Source: Peribolospora baueri (taxonomy: Eukaryota). From it: a DNA stretch of 64,000 nucleotides. Both the position numbers and the translations under genes were made by a program. Numbering within the stretch: position 1 is the first letter of the stretch; each line of letters begins with the position of its first letter. A model generated the notes under the pieces. The model made no database searches and had not been told where the DNA came from. It worked only from the letters and a program-made list of their open reading frames with translations. The stretch is taken from contig JAMDHS010000050.1 in NCBI GenBank assembly GCA_029717555.1, positions 62,001-126,000 of the forward strand, read 5' to 3'. This document shows positions 52,093-63,375 of the stretch, piece by piece.

Positions 52093-52474
52093 CGTTGGCT
52101 GAGAAAGAGAAAGGGAGGCGGGTCAGCCGCGCTGCCGCCCTGATGTATCTTGGCGCGGGGTCGCTGGTGAGGGAGACAACGAACCTGAATCTGCTTGCTA
52201 TCCGGCTCGGACGAGAGCTGTTTCACGGGAAGGCAGACGTCTTGCCCAACCGTGGCCCCTTTACATACGCCAAGGCGCCACCGGACATTCCTGGGGCTGG
52301 GCTGGCTGGAGACGGATGTCTCGTCTCGTACCTACCTACTTGCTGCAGGTTGCACCGAACATTAGCGCGATCGTCGGTCGTACCGTCGTATCGGCGGCGT
52401 GCAGCGAGCGTCCGTCGCTGGACGTGGTGTCTGTGACCGGCATCGGGGACGAGCAGGACGTGTATCTAACCATC

Positions 52475-52527
52475 TCTCTATCCATCCATCCATCCATCCA
52501 TCCATCTATCTCATCTCATCTCATCTC
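52475..52527. repeat. (ATCC)n and (ATCTC)n microsatellites between the divergent GH1 and CX9C genes
   Basis: tatccatccatccatccatccatccatc followed by tctcatctcatctcatctc. Confidence 0.8.
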
Positions 52528-53003
52528 AAAGGTTTCAAGGGAGGGAGCCAAGCGTTCCGGGGTGCCTGGGGATCGAGGATGGGACGGGGGTGAGTCGAGT
52601 CGTGAGCACCACCATCGAGCAGATAAGGTCACGCGCTCCAGCTCGGTTGACTAGAGCAGGCCGATAGCCGCCGGCGAGACCGCAGCGCAGGAAGAAGACA
52701 AGAGTTGAGAGACAAGACGGAGGAAGACGCCGACGAACGACTCGCACGACCGCCTTCCATCACGCGAGGCGAGCGCCATCGCTCCCTAACGGCTGGCAGA
52801 CAGAGACACACACACACATCACCCCCAAACCGGGCGTGCCCTCGCTCGTAGTGCTGACTGACGACGGCAGGCTGACTTAGCAGCAACGGCCGTCTCGTCA
52901 ACGCTGGACCGTGACCGCGACGGGAGAAGAGTTGACTGACTGACACCCCTGGCCCTGACTTTGGCCTGCCTTCTTCGACACAAACCCTCGTGCTTGTTGC
53001 GAC

Positions 53004-53719
53004 ATGACCGAGATCTCCCCGTTCAAGTGGATGAAATACCTCCTGAAGGGGGAATGCGCTGTCAGACTCGGTGAGCTCCGTTCCGCCCTTGGATCGCCAT
53101 CGGCCCATCCATGTCGCACCTCCACCGAGATACCTAACAGTCCTCTCTTGCACGGACGAACCAGACGACTACAGACGGTGTGTGCAAACCAACGAAGAGC
53201 TCCACCCAGCAGCCTGCGCCTTCCTCCGAGCGGAGCTTTCCAAATGCCCGACAGAATGGGAGAGTCGCTCGCTCGAATTGCTCAAGGCACGTTGCAAAGC
53301 GACGATCATCACACAGGCCAGGTGTTTCGAAATGGCGAGGAACAGGACACCTTGTCTGTTCGAGATTGAGAAGGCTTGTAAGGTGGGCGAGCGAGCGTCG
53401 TCGATGTGCGGGCTTGGGCTTGGGTGACGCCAAGGAGAAGGGTCCGCGGCGAGATTCTCGTCACGGAGACGGGGAGCGTTCCCTCCCTCCACATGCTCAC
53501 ATCTCCATCACACCCACCTGACCTGCTTTCGTACGCACGCCTCCATGCCGATTCACACAGGTACCCATCGAAAACTTTCTCATCTGCCGCGAAAAGGCAA
53601 TGGCGGAGGACAAGCACGCAGAAGAGGTGGTGGACAAGTTGCTCAAAGAGCAGAGCCAGGCGGAGGAGGAGAAGAAGAAGATTGACACTGTGATTTACCT
53701 CGCCAATGGGTTGAAGTAG
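53004..53719 (+). CDS. Small protein with four CX9C motifs (Mix14/CHCHD5-like mitochondrial intermembrane-space protein); 3 exons
   Basis: After splicing: CTDEPDDYRRC, CAFLRAELSKC, CKATIITQARC, CK|VPIENFLIC; introns 53071-53140 and about 53383-53560. Confidence 0.7.
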
Positions 53720-53878
53720 ATGCACTCCAGTGATTCCCGGTCTCTCCCCTTTTTCTCCCAGCTGACGCTTCCTCTGTACCTGGCAGTTGAATCGATTTCA
53801 TGGACCTGGCGGCGGAACCACAAGTGTGTAAGATTCCGTCGCCGCCCGCCGCCCACCGCCCACCATCTACACTGCCGT

Positions 53879-56800
53879 TCACCCCTCTGCCTCTTCCGCC
53901 TCTTCGACAGCGTCAGGATAAGCGTTGCTCTTATGCTTTGGCTGAAAAGTCCACGACTCGGGGCATTTGCCCAGGAACATCTCGCTGATCTTGACCCAGT
54001 CCGCACTGTTCGATGAGCTCAACAGCGTCTCCAGCTCGTCCCGGCCTCGATAAGGCGGTGGACGGTCGTTCATGCGCGCCGGGAGGTGCTGGAGGAGTAA
54101 AATGAAAAAAAGACGGGGTTGACCACGGATCGTGAGGATGACCGGCGGCGCATCGATCGGATGAAAGAAAAACGGGACGCTAGGAACGCACTTCCAAAAG
54201 GCCGACAGGCACATAGCGATACCAGAACGAGAGCGCCTCGCACAGGTACCTGCGTGTCGTGTTGATGCCGTATGTGTCTGAGCCCCAGTGATTGAGCCCG
54301 TATTCGGCGTACTGCGATGCGGAACAGGGTATTGAGCTGATCGTACGAAAAAGGCGCGGGGACGAGGAGCGAAATGTGCAAAGGAAAAAAACAGAACGGC
54401 GCTATGCGATGCGATACTCACCTGTCTGACGATATCTAACCTCTCTCGACTGCTGATATCCCAATCTCTCCTCTCCTTGATCTCTGTGAAAATCCACGGC
54501 TTGATGAGTGCCCCGCGAGCAATCATCGTCCCATCGACGCCAGTCGTGGCCATCTGGTGCTCGTAGTCCTGCCAGCCATAGATGTCGCCGTTGCCGAAGA
54601 TGGGGATCGTCGGAAGCTGCGCCTCGTCCGGGTTGTCCTCCCCTTGACTTTGCACTGATTCCCGCAGCGCGCGAACGCATTCAGAGATGTAATTCCAATC
54701 GGCATTGAGCTTGTACCTCTGCTGGCGTGAGCGACCGTGAATCTGCGCGGGAAAGAGGGCGCATGAGACGACGAGAATGCGAAATCGATCAGCCGCAAAG
54801 TTCCGACGCTCCAGGTCAAAATGCGAGCAAACTCACAGTTGCGGCACTGGCGCCCCACTCCTGCAGGCGTGGGAACAGCTTGTGCGCCACGTTCTTACCG
54901 GTGTTGACGCCGGTACGCATCTTAATGGTCTGTAGGGCAAAACGACGGAAGGGGGAGAGATGGCGCGGTCAGCGCGTGCGCACGAACGACGACGATCAAG
55001 GAAAGATGATACTCGCCAGCGGCACCTCTCCGAGCACCTTGTTCATGTTCGTAAGAATTTTCCCCAACTTGTTTTGGTGCGCCATGAGGGCAGATCCGGC
55101 TCCTTGCTTGAACACGAGGTCGATCGGACAACCACAATTGACGTCCACAAAGTCTATCTCCCAGAAAGACCAACGAAACCAGAAGCGGCGGCACTGGTCA
55201 GCCACGTCAGTCAAAAAAAAAAAACATCTACAAGTAAAAAAATGCTCACCGACGTTGCATTCGTTCGAGATAACCTCGGCCGCCGGCAGGAGGTCCCTAA
55301 GGGTGCTCCCACAGACTTGGACACCAAAGATTTTCTGAAGTGAAGCCACGACAGAAAAGCTCATAAGCAGCTGCAAAGCGACCGTCCCGACCCGTTTTGA
55401 CAAGCCTTGTGCAAACGTGCTCACCTCGCCCTCCCATCTCCGCACAAGACTCCATTCGCTAGCGTTTCCCGTGGCGAAAGACCGCGCGAGGCCCATCTCA
55501 CCACAGTGGATGTCCGAGCCAAAGGTAGAGCATACCCTACGGAACGGCTGGATGTCGAAAGGAGGACGGACGAAGAAGTCGGCACTCGTCTATGAAAAAA
55601 CGAGTATTGCCAATCCACACCCGTACGGAAAACCCACCAGATTGCCCGTCGTCGTCAACGGCGCCAGATACAGCTTCCCCCTCCAATTCAACCTCTTTTT
55701 CTCAGCAGGTCGAATCTTTGCGTCCGGTGCGCCAGCCTCAGCGGGGAAGACATCCGTCAAGGCCTCTTCCTTTCGGGCTTTCTCCTTGTCTCCACCGCCA
55801 TCTGCGTGCTCCTCTTCGACCTTCACGGGCTCGACAGCTTCTCCCGGCATTGACGGCTGTCCATCCTCTGCCGAGACGGCTTCGCAGGTGGCGCCTCCAC
55901 TTTTAGTGCTCGCCCCCTCCTGCGCCGCGAGCTCGGCAAGGACAGCGTCGGCCCTTGGGAACTTGTACTGTGAGTACGTATGCGAACACACAAGGAAGCG
56001 GGATCAGCTTTAGAGCGAGAGATTCAGCTACCTGACATGATCTGACCTGCCCATGGAGACTTGAACCCACCTGCTTCTTCCTCACGCGAATGATAAAACC
56101 CTTGTCCAGGACATTGTCCTCGTCCAGCCCCCATTTACCCTCCGCCTTCCTCGCCCTCACGCGCTCTTCGTCCACCACAATTTCGACAACTTTTTCCTTT
56201 CCTTCCATGGGCCCATCGGCGGCGGTGGCCTTCTCCTCCGTCTTCGCAGACAGTTCGACGACCCGGACGTGAGCGCCTAAGAAACGACAGCGAAGACCTT
56301 GGGGACACTCTCCAAACCGGTCGAAATTGGGACAGCGGGTGGAAAAGTCGAGCTTGGACAAAACGACATCTCGAGCGTCACCGGTAGCCGACGGTTCCGT
56401 TTCCTCCTCGGCCGAGTCTGATTTGTGAGTCCAGGGTACGAACGGAGGCTCAAGGGAATAAGACGTCGTAGAGGCAGGCGCAAAGTGCACGTCGGCGGGT
56501 TTGGCGGCCATATAGGCTATGATATCGTGGGACCGATCGCACCTGCCGGGTTCATCGAATGAGGCGGGCCAGAAATTCAGCCGTACTGTCCGTCGGCGAC
56601 GTTCGACTGAAGCTTCCGCAACGCTCACCGCTGTTCCTCCTTCAACTTCTGACATTCGCCCGTCCTTGCAAGACTGAAGCAGAACGGCACATCGTCGCTT
56701 ACGCGCGCAAACTTCCTCCCCTTGTTCTGCCCTCGCTTCTGCTTCTTGCTCTCCTTGTTCTTCTGCCACGCCGCTTCCTTCGCCAACTTCTTCCTCTGCG

Positions 56801-57233
56801 CGCCCGAGAGCTTGACTTTCTTGGAGGCAGGTTCGCCTTCGTCACCGGAGGCATCGGGAGAAGAGGGCCGAGAGTGCTGCAGGCCAGCCTTCAAACCGAC
56901 GCTGCCGCCCTCCCGCGTCCCGTCGCCGGCCGTCGTGACGCCAGACGCTGGTGCGGTGTCGGACGAAGGCTTCTCGTCACGCGCAACGGGACGACGGTGG
57001 GCAGACTCGGCCGCGTCGTCGTCCGGAACGGACGCGCCGTTCCATGGCTTGTCGATGAGAAATCTTTGTGGGCGAGAAGAAGGGGGAAGAAGGGATGGAT
57101 GGTTCGAGAGGATGAGGGTCGCATCGCTTCGCGCTCCCAACGACACTGCGGCCACCACCGCCACTCACTCTTTTTTGATGGGCGCCATGCCGCGCGTGCA
57201 CGCAGACTTCTCCTCATCTCTGCTGCTCGCCAT
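53879..57233 (-). CDS. DUS3: tRNA-dihydrouridine(47) synthase with N-terminal CCCH zinc fingers
   Basis: [95 protein letters not shown]...[10 protein letters not shown]. Confidence 0.96.
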
Positions 57234-57649
57234 TGTTCTACGTCTCCGGTCAGTCGCCAACGAGGCTGCAATGGTTGCCTGGTCGGTGTGTCGCCAGATA
57301 TGCCGTGCCGTTGCGTCGAAATAGAGGGAAGGAAGCAACTTGCTGCGGCGCAATCGGGCGAAGTCGACTGAGGGGGGCCGACCCGCCGACCACCATCAGC
57401 TTGACCCTCACCACAAGCTCAACGTCTTCCTTTGCTCTCCTAACCCATTTTCTGTACTCGGATGCCCCTATGGGCCACCCTGGCACCTCGACCCGGGTCC
57501 TTGCCCGGCGCACCGTCTAAACCACGACCACCACGTCGCACGCGATGTGACCCCACACCCGCTCCTACTTCTACCCCTGTCATCGTGCCTCAGACCCCCA
57601 ACGCAAAATGCCTCCAACAACGTGGCTCTGGCGCCTCGTCTTCCTAGCT

Positions 57650-60240
57650 CTGGATGTGTGGTACGCAAGGAAGCGGCAAGAACGGTCCTCGTACTCACTT
57701 GCACAATCATAACCGGGAGCCCTCCGGAACCGGCTGGCATGTGACTGATCGAGTGCGTGACGGAATCGCATGCGCACGTCTTGTCGCTCCTTCCGGTACA
57801 ACAACCTTGTTTTCGTCTGCACACGCAACTCCTCCTCTCGTCGCTCCTTCCGGTACAGCGAAACCTCATTTCGTTGCATCTGCTCTCGCTTTTTTCGGTT
57901 CAGCAACCTTGCAATGTTCCATTTGGATTGAGGACTGCGCATTCGCTCACGCTCACTAACGTCGAGACCTTGTCTTTCCAATGTTTACCCTGAGTCGGAT
58001 ATCGTCTCATTCGCATTTGGCGAGAGGCGTTGTCTCATTCACACTCAACAAATGTCCTCGCCGTGGACGAAGAGCGGTCGAGTCCCAGAGGGAAAGTATA
58101 AGAAGAGCCCCGTTTCCCGCCCGCTCTCCATCCCCACTCCACAAGCGTTCTCCCCCGTCCCAATAACCCTCGCTCCCAGCCGCCCCGCTCCATCAGACTA
58201 CAATGTCACATTCTGCGCCTGCTCCGACTCCCACGCCTGAGTCCCGGACGGTCAAGAGCGGATGATACTCTATCCTGGCTACGCTACCAAGTGAGTCGGA
58301 GAGTCAGGCCTTGTGCTCTCGAGAATTGAACGGAAAACTTACCAAACGTCGTCGATGTTTTCACAGGCCGCCCTCGCGCACCATCACTATCGCTTCAGCT
58401 AGGTCGCCTGACGCCTATGCCGCACCCCGCACACCATACCGCTTCAACCCGGTCGCTTGTTCTCACACGAACGCGACCTGGGCCGCCGTCGCTCACCACT
58501 ACCGCTTCAATCCGGTCGCTCGTTCTCACGCTCACGCACACTACTACCGCTTTAGCCTGCTTCCCGCCGTCGCCCCGATATCGCTCCTGCACACGTGCCC
58601 AACACCCTCGCCAATATGGCCGAGGCCTTCTTCATCTTACCGTCATGGCCCTGAACACCTTCATCAGCGACTTATTCAAGAGTTCTTTCCCACCCTGCGG
58701 CTTGTACTCTCATACCTTCTATCTCCGCCGCACCACCTCGGTCGCAAACGCCACCCCAAAGTCGGGACAATACAAACCATTCAGAGGTAACGACGGCACC
58801 AGCGGGCGACCTGGGTGCACACAAGCGACTGCGAAGCGACCATGGTCTGACCTCTTGTTTCCCCAACGAATCGCAACGGGTACCAATTGGTGCCCCTGTG
58901 CTCTGGAGGTCGCATTGGAGCTCAGCCCCCTTGTGGGGAATGGGTGCCCTTGGGTTCCGTCTGGAATGAGGACACAGGGATAACGACCACCCCTATAGAT
59001 AGACACAAGCCTTCCCTCACCCCTGCGATGATCCGACGTAGTGTTTCCCCCAACAGGTCGCAACGGCACCCTTTGGTGTCCCTGCGCCCTGGAGGTCCCA
59101 TGGGAGCTCAGCCCTCTTGTAGTGAATGGGCGCCCTTGGGTTCCGTCTGGAATGAGGACACTAGGGATGACGATCATCGCTCCTTCCAAGCCCACCCCTC
59201 CACCCAAATAGACATCCCATCCCTCCATCCGGAGACCTCTCCCATCCTTCCACCCAAATCTTTCCCCTCCTACACACGCCCGATGATCCGACTTGCGTTT
59301 CACCCCAACAGGGTTGCAACGGCTATTACTTGCGCCTATGGATTTCCCGTTCGAGCTCAACCCACTGGGCAGCTCCTGCGGGAATGGGGAGGGGGAAACA
59401 TCGGGATGACTCATCGCTCCTTCCAGACCCATCCTTTCCCCCAATATCTCATCCCTCCATCCAAGTAGACATCTCCCATCCCTCCACCCAAAGGGACCTC
59501 TCCCACTCTTCCACGCAGAGACCTCTCCAGTGCCTCCATCCAAGTAGACCTCTCTCCTCGAAGCCTAATCCCCCACTCAAGTAGCAGACCTGTCCCCCTC
59601 CTCCCCACCCCAAATGATCCGACCTGGTGTTTTCCACCAACAGGTCGCAACGGTCTAACCCTGGAGCCATTGGAGCTCAGCCCTCTGGTAGGGAATGGGC
59701 GCCTTTGGGTTACGTCTGGAAGAGGACACAGGGATGACGGTCATCGCTCCTTTCAAACCCATCCCCCCAAATCCATCCCTCCAAACCCATCCCCTGATCC
59801 TACTTAGTGTTTCATTTTCACAGGGTTGCAGCGGCTATCGTTTGGTGCCTCCGCGCCTTGGATTTCCCGTCTGTGCTCAACCCTTTCTGGGCAATTCATT
59901 CGGGAGTGGGGAGGGGGGGAAACAGGAGGGATGACGATCCTTGCTCGCCAAGTAGTAGTGGAACAGAATCCCCCCCCTTTCCCCCATATCTTTTCCATCT
60001 CTACGTCTCTACGGTAGATGAGGGGAGAAGTCTACTTCACTAATGGTAGGGGTATAAAAGGAGTAACGATCGTCATCCCTCATGTTTCCCCCTCCCCATT
60101 CCCGAAGGCGGAGCACATAGCCCAGAAAGGGTTAAGCACGAACGGGACTTTTCGTTAGTGAAGCAGACAATTCTCCTCTCCAAGTAGAAGCAGATTATTC
60201 CCTTCTCCAAGTAGAAACAGACCAATTCCCTCTTCCCGTC
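57650..60240 (+). mobile_element. Repeat-family copy 2, inverted relative to copy 1, with an expanded modular array
   Basis: Shares promoter-like, exon-like and minisatellite blocks with 38583-40703 in opposite orientation; no intact ORF. Confidence 0.6.
58845..59945 (+). repeat. Five degenerate 150-330 bp units in an A-A-B-A-B order
   Basis: Recurrent head tgatccgac..gtgttt..caacagg.tcgcaacgg near 58845, 59028, 59283, 59614 and 59795; tail gggatgac..tcatcgctcc. Confidence 0.8.
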
Positions 60241-60667
60241 CTCCGTAAAATCGTCTCCACCACGTGCTTCCTTGCAGCGTAGACTCCAAAGTACTTTTCA
60301 ATGGGCACTGCCACTTCCGTTTTCACTTAGGATGTGGGGCTATAAGGTTGTTCCTGCGATCGCAAGGGTCTTCGAGCGCCGCCGCCTCTCGCAGAGCGCC
60401 TCCCCACCCTTTGATAACATTTACTTTCGTTTGACTGCGCTAAAGCTATGCCTCTTCCTTTCGGTCAAGTCGCGGCTCGGAAAGCGACTAAACAACGGCG
60501 TCTTCATTCGCCTATTCATGATTTCCTCGAGCGTGGGTGGATGGACGGACGAAGACGGACAGAGCAACCGGCGTGCGGGATTGCGGGACAGAAGCGTTGG
60601 GAAACGGAAGCGTCGGCGGACGGAGAGGGAGGAAGTCGAGACATCGTCTGGTCTTTTTGCAATGTCC

Positions 60668-61080
60668 GTCCACCTTGGATCGAGAACTCCGAATTCGGTC
60701 ACGTTCACTTACCACCTTCACCTTGGATCGCGGGCTCTCCGGATTCGCTCACTCTCGTAAATGTCGAAACGTTGTCTTCTATTCCACCTTCCCGAGTGTG
60801 GTAAATGGTCTCACTCACACTCAACAAACGTTCTTGTCATGGACGAAGAGCGGTCCAGTCCCAGGGAAAAAGTATAAGAAGGGCTCTGTTCCCCACCTGG
60901 TCTCCCTCCATCATCAATCCAATCCAATCCTATCCTATCCTATCCACTCCACTTCACTTCACAAGCCTTTCCCCCCCTGCTTTTCCCTAACTATCACTGG
61001 CAACTCTTCTCCTCTCTTCTGCTTTGGCGTAACCCTCACCCCATGCCATCCAACACCTTGTGCCTGCTCCGACCTCGACG
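60668..61080 (+). repeat. Repeat-family copy 3 (fragment covering the promoter and ATG region)
   Basis: caccttggatcgagaactc, gtcgaaacgttgtc, ggacgaagagcggtccagtccc..aaagtataagaag and gcctgctccgac shared with copies 1 and 2. Confidence 0.8.
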
Positions 61081-61598
61081 TCTGAATCTTCGACAGCTTC
61101 AGACTCTTGGACGGTCAATATTCAATATCGAAGAGGCGCCAGGCCGCGCTGCTCGTGCTGGGGAGGGGATTTCCAGCAGACCCTACCGGTGGTCCGCCGC
61201 TAAAGCAACTGCCGAAAGAAAAGGTTATAAAGATTATAGGATCTATAGGAGCTGTTAAAGCGGGCGAACTTTCGCACGGAGCAAATGCGGGGCACCTGCA
61301 CGCAGGGGGCACACTTGTATTTATGTAGACTCTAAGCAGACTTAATCCATCCGTCCATCATCGATTGGACCGTGCGCGCGACGGGAGTCTCAGTCAGCCT
61401 GAGGACGTCCCTCGCTCATGATCACCGTCACCATGTGCGTGGGAAGGAAGACGACATGAGAGTCGTGTCTGGACAGATAGATGGCTTCCGGCACACCCTG
61501 GCATCGCATCACCCGCCCGCGCCAGTGTCCTTGACAGACAGGAAGCGCACGGAGCGCAGCGAAGCCGCGACAGACAGACACAAACAAGTCAACGACGG

Positions 61599-62325
61599 CT
61601 AACCGTCGTGCCACTCCGGGCTCTTCCCTCTTCCCTCCATGTTTCCCAAATCAGTCGTTTCCGTCCTCCCGAAACCCTCCTTCCCCCGTCTCCCGCCCGT
61701 CGTCCCCCCGCCTTCGCCGTCAAGCTCGAGAATGGAGGAGAGCGTGGCCAGACGAGCACGCATGCGCACGGCAGCGATAAGGTCAAGATCGGCCCCACCT
61801 CTGACGCCGCGCGCGCCGCGCACGCCGGTCGTCGTCGATGACGACGACGACGTCGTCATCGACGTCGACGACCCCGGCTCCGCTGGAGGCGGTCCGGGTC
61901 CGGGCGTGCGGCTGGACACTGTTCGCCCCGCCGCTGAAGAGCGTCCCAGCGGGTCTGTAGAGGGACGAGAGACGGCGGCGGTGGGCTATGACGACGACTC
62001 GTGGTCTGCGCCTGGGGAGACCTCGACGGGGCCGACGGTCGTGGAGATCGAGTCGGAGGACACATGGGGCGTCCTACGCGACGCTGGTGGCACCTGTAGA
62101 AGGACGTTGCCGCCGCTGCCGCCCGACTTGCTCAACTTCGAGACGTGCGAGGTGGACGGGATGAACGGGTGTGTCAAGTGGGCCGGTGGCGCTTGTAGGT
62201 AAACGCTGTCGGTGTGCATCAGTTCAGCGCGGTGGGAAGCGGTGTGGCGTGGGACGATCCATAGCCGTACAAAGGTTTCGAATGATCCGGCACGTTTCCC
62301 CCTTTCGACTCCATTCTTTCCTTCA
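61599..62325 (-). other. Possible small or interrupted gene of unknown function
   Basis: Intron-like segment about 62208-62270 (GTACGG..ctgat..CAG), then one frame open to 61599 except for a single TAG at 61986-61988. Confidence 0.25.
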
Positions 62326-62553
62326 TTCAATCATCGCCCCGGCAAAGCGGTTGGTTTGCTCAAGCTTTGAGGTTTGTGGTTCGTACGGCTTTGCGTTTCA
62401 CATGTATCTCATGTTGTGGATAAAAGGTTTCGAGATAGGTTGTCGCTGAGGCTTCCGCGTCTCTATGGCTGCGAGCGTGTCCTCACATGTAACTAGGGTC
62501 CGTGGAGAGTGTATGTATATATATCCACGCCCTGCCCGTGTCCCGTCTTCTAT

Positions 62554-63375
62554 TCAAGCCTTCTTCACCTCACTCGCTTCTATCGACTCGGCCCTCGCCC
62601 TCGCTCTGGCCCACGTCTCCTTGACAGCCGCATCGAGGAGGAAGCGGCCGTAGGCGCGATGGAGTCGGATGACCCAGCGCGGGATGACCTTTCCTTCCTC
62701 CCCGCGTCCCTCGCCATCCACGAGGGCGTAATCGTGGGCGGAGACGAAGCGGACTTGGACGAGCTCGTGCTCCTGCTCCTGTCGGCCGCGGCCGTCGTCG
62801 TCGTCGCTGCCGACGCTCATCTCGTGGCGACCACCGTCCATCAATCGCCAAGGGTAGCCCCACCGGGCGATGCGTTCAAAAAAGGCGACGACGTGGGGCG
62901 CCATGGACCACGAGACGAGGAGAGGCACGTCGGCGCCCGGAGGGCGGACGACGGTGAAGACGCCGGAGAGGAGGACTTGGCCGGGGAAGAAGCCTTGCTC
63001 GCCCGCGTCGCCTGACGAGCCGTCTTTACCGAACATCCGCCCCTCGAATTGCATAGGTCCACTGGACAGGAACGTTCTCGCCCACCGCGCCTCGACCGAA
63101 GACGCGCTCGAGTCGCCCGGCGGCGACGCGGCGTCGTCGTCGATCAAGCCGGCCAGAGGCACATTGGCGGCGTAGACGTCGATATGAGGCGTGTGGAGCT
63201 TCCGAGTGGGGCGGGTGCCGTAGCCAGGTTTGCGGACGTGGACGGTAGTGGTCTCGTCGGGGGATAGAGGCGGGTAGGCTTGCTCGAGGGCGACGAGGCG
63301 GTGACGGAAGTAGGCGAGCGGAAGGGCGACGAGGCCGGTTGCGAAGAGGAAGAGACGGCGGCGGGCGAAGGACAT
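62554..63375 (-). CDS. Intronless hypothetical protein (273 aa) with an N-terminal basic and hydrophobic segment
   Basis: Clean ATG-to-stop ORF; MSFARRRLFLFATGLVALPLAYF; globular-looking motifs WGYPWRLMDGGRHEMSV, VRFVSAHDY, LHRAYGRFLLDAAV. Confidence 0.8.
   Translation of the reverse strand: MSFARRRLFLFATGLVALPLAYFRHRLVALEQAYPPLSPDETTTVHVRKPGYGTRPTRKLHTPHIDVYAANVPLAGLIDDDAASPPGDSSASSVEARWARTFLSSGPMQFEGRMFGKDGSSGDAGEQGFFPGQVLLSGVFTVVRPPGADVPLLVSWSMAPHVVAFFERIARWGYPWRLMDGGRHEMSVGSDDDDGRGRQEQEHELVQVRFVSAHDYALVDGEGRGEEGKVIPRWVIRLHRAYGRFLLDAAVKETWARARARAESIEASEVKKA

Noticed and set aside
58845..59945. Array resembling a CRISPR
   Set aside because: Eukaryotic context, long degenerate units, non-unique spacers and no cas genes.
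60760..60777. GTCGAAACGTTGTC in the repeat family, resembling the 3' core of a hammerhead ribozyme
   Set aside because: No CTGANGA box upstream in any of the three copies, and copy 2 reads GAGAC.
61220..61262. TpA-rich patch suggestive of repeat-induced point mutation
   Set aside because: Too short, and the repeat copies themselves are not visibly AT-shifted.
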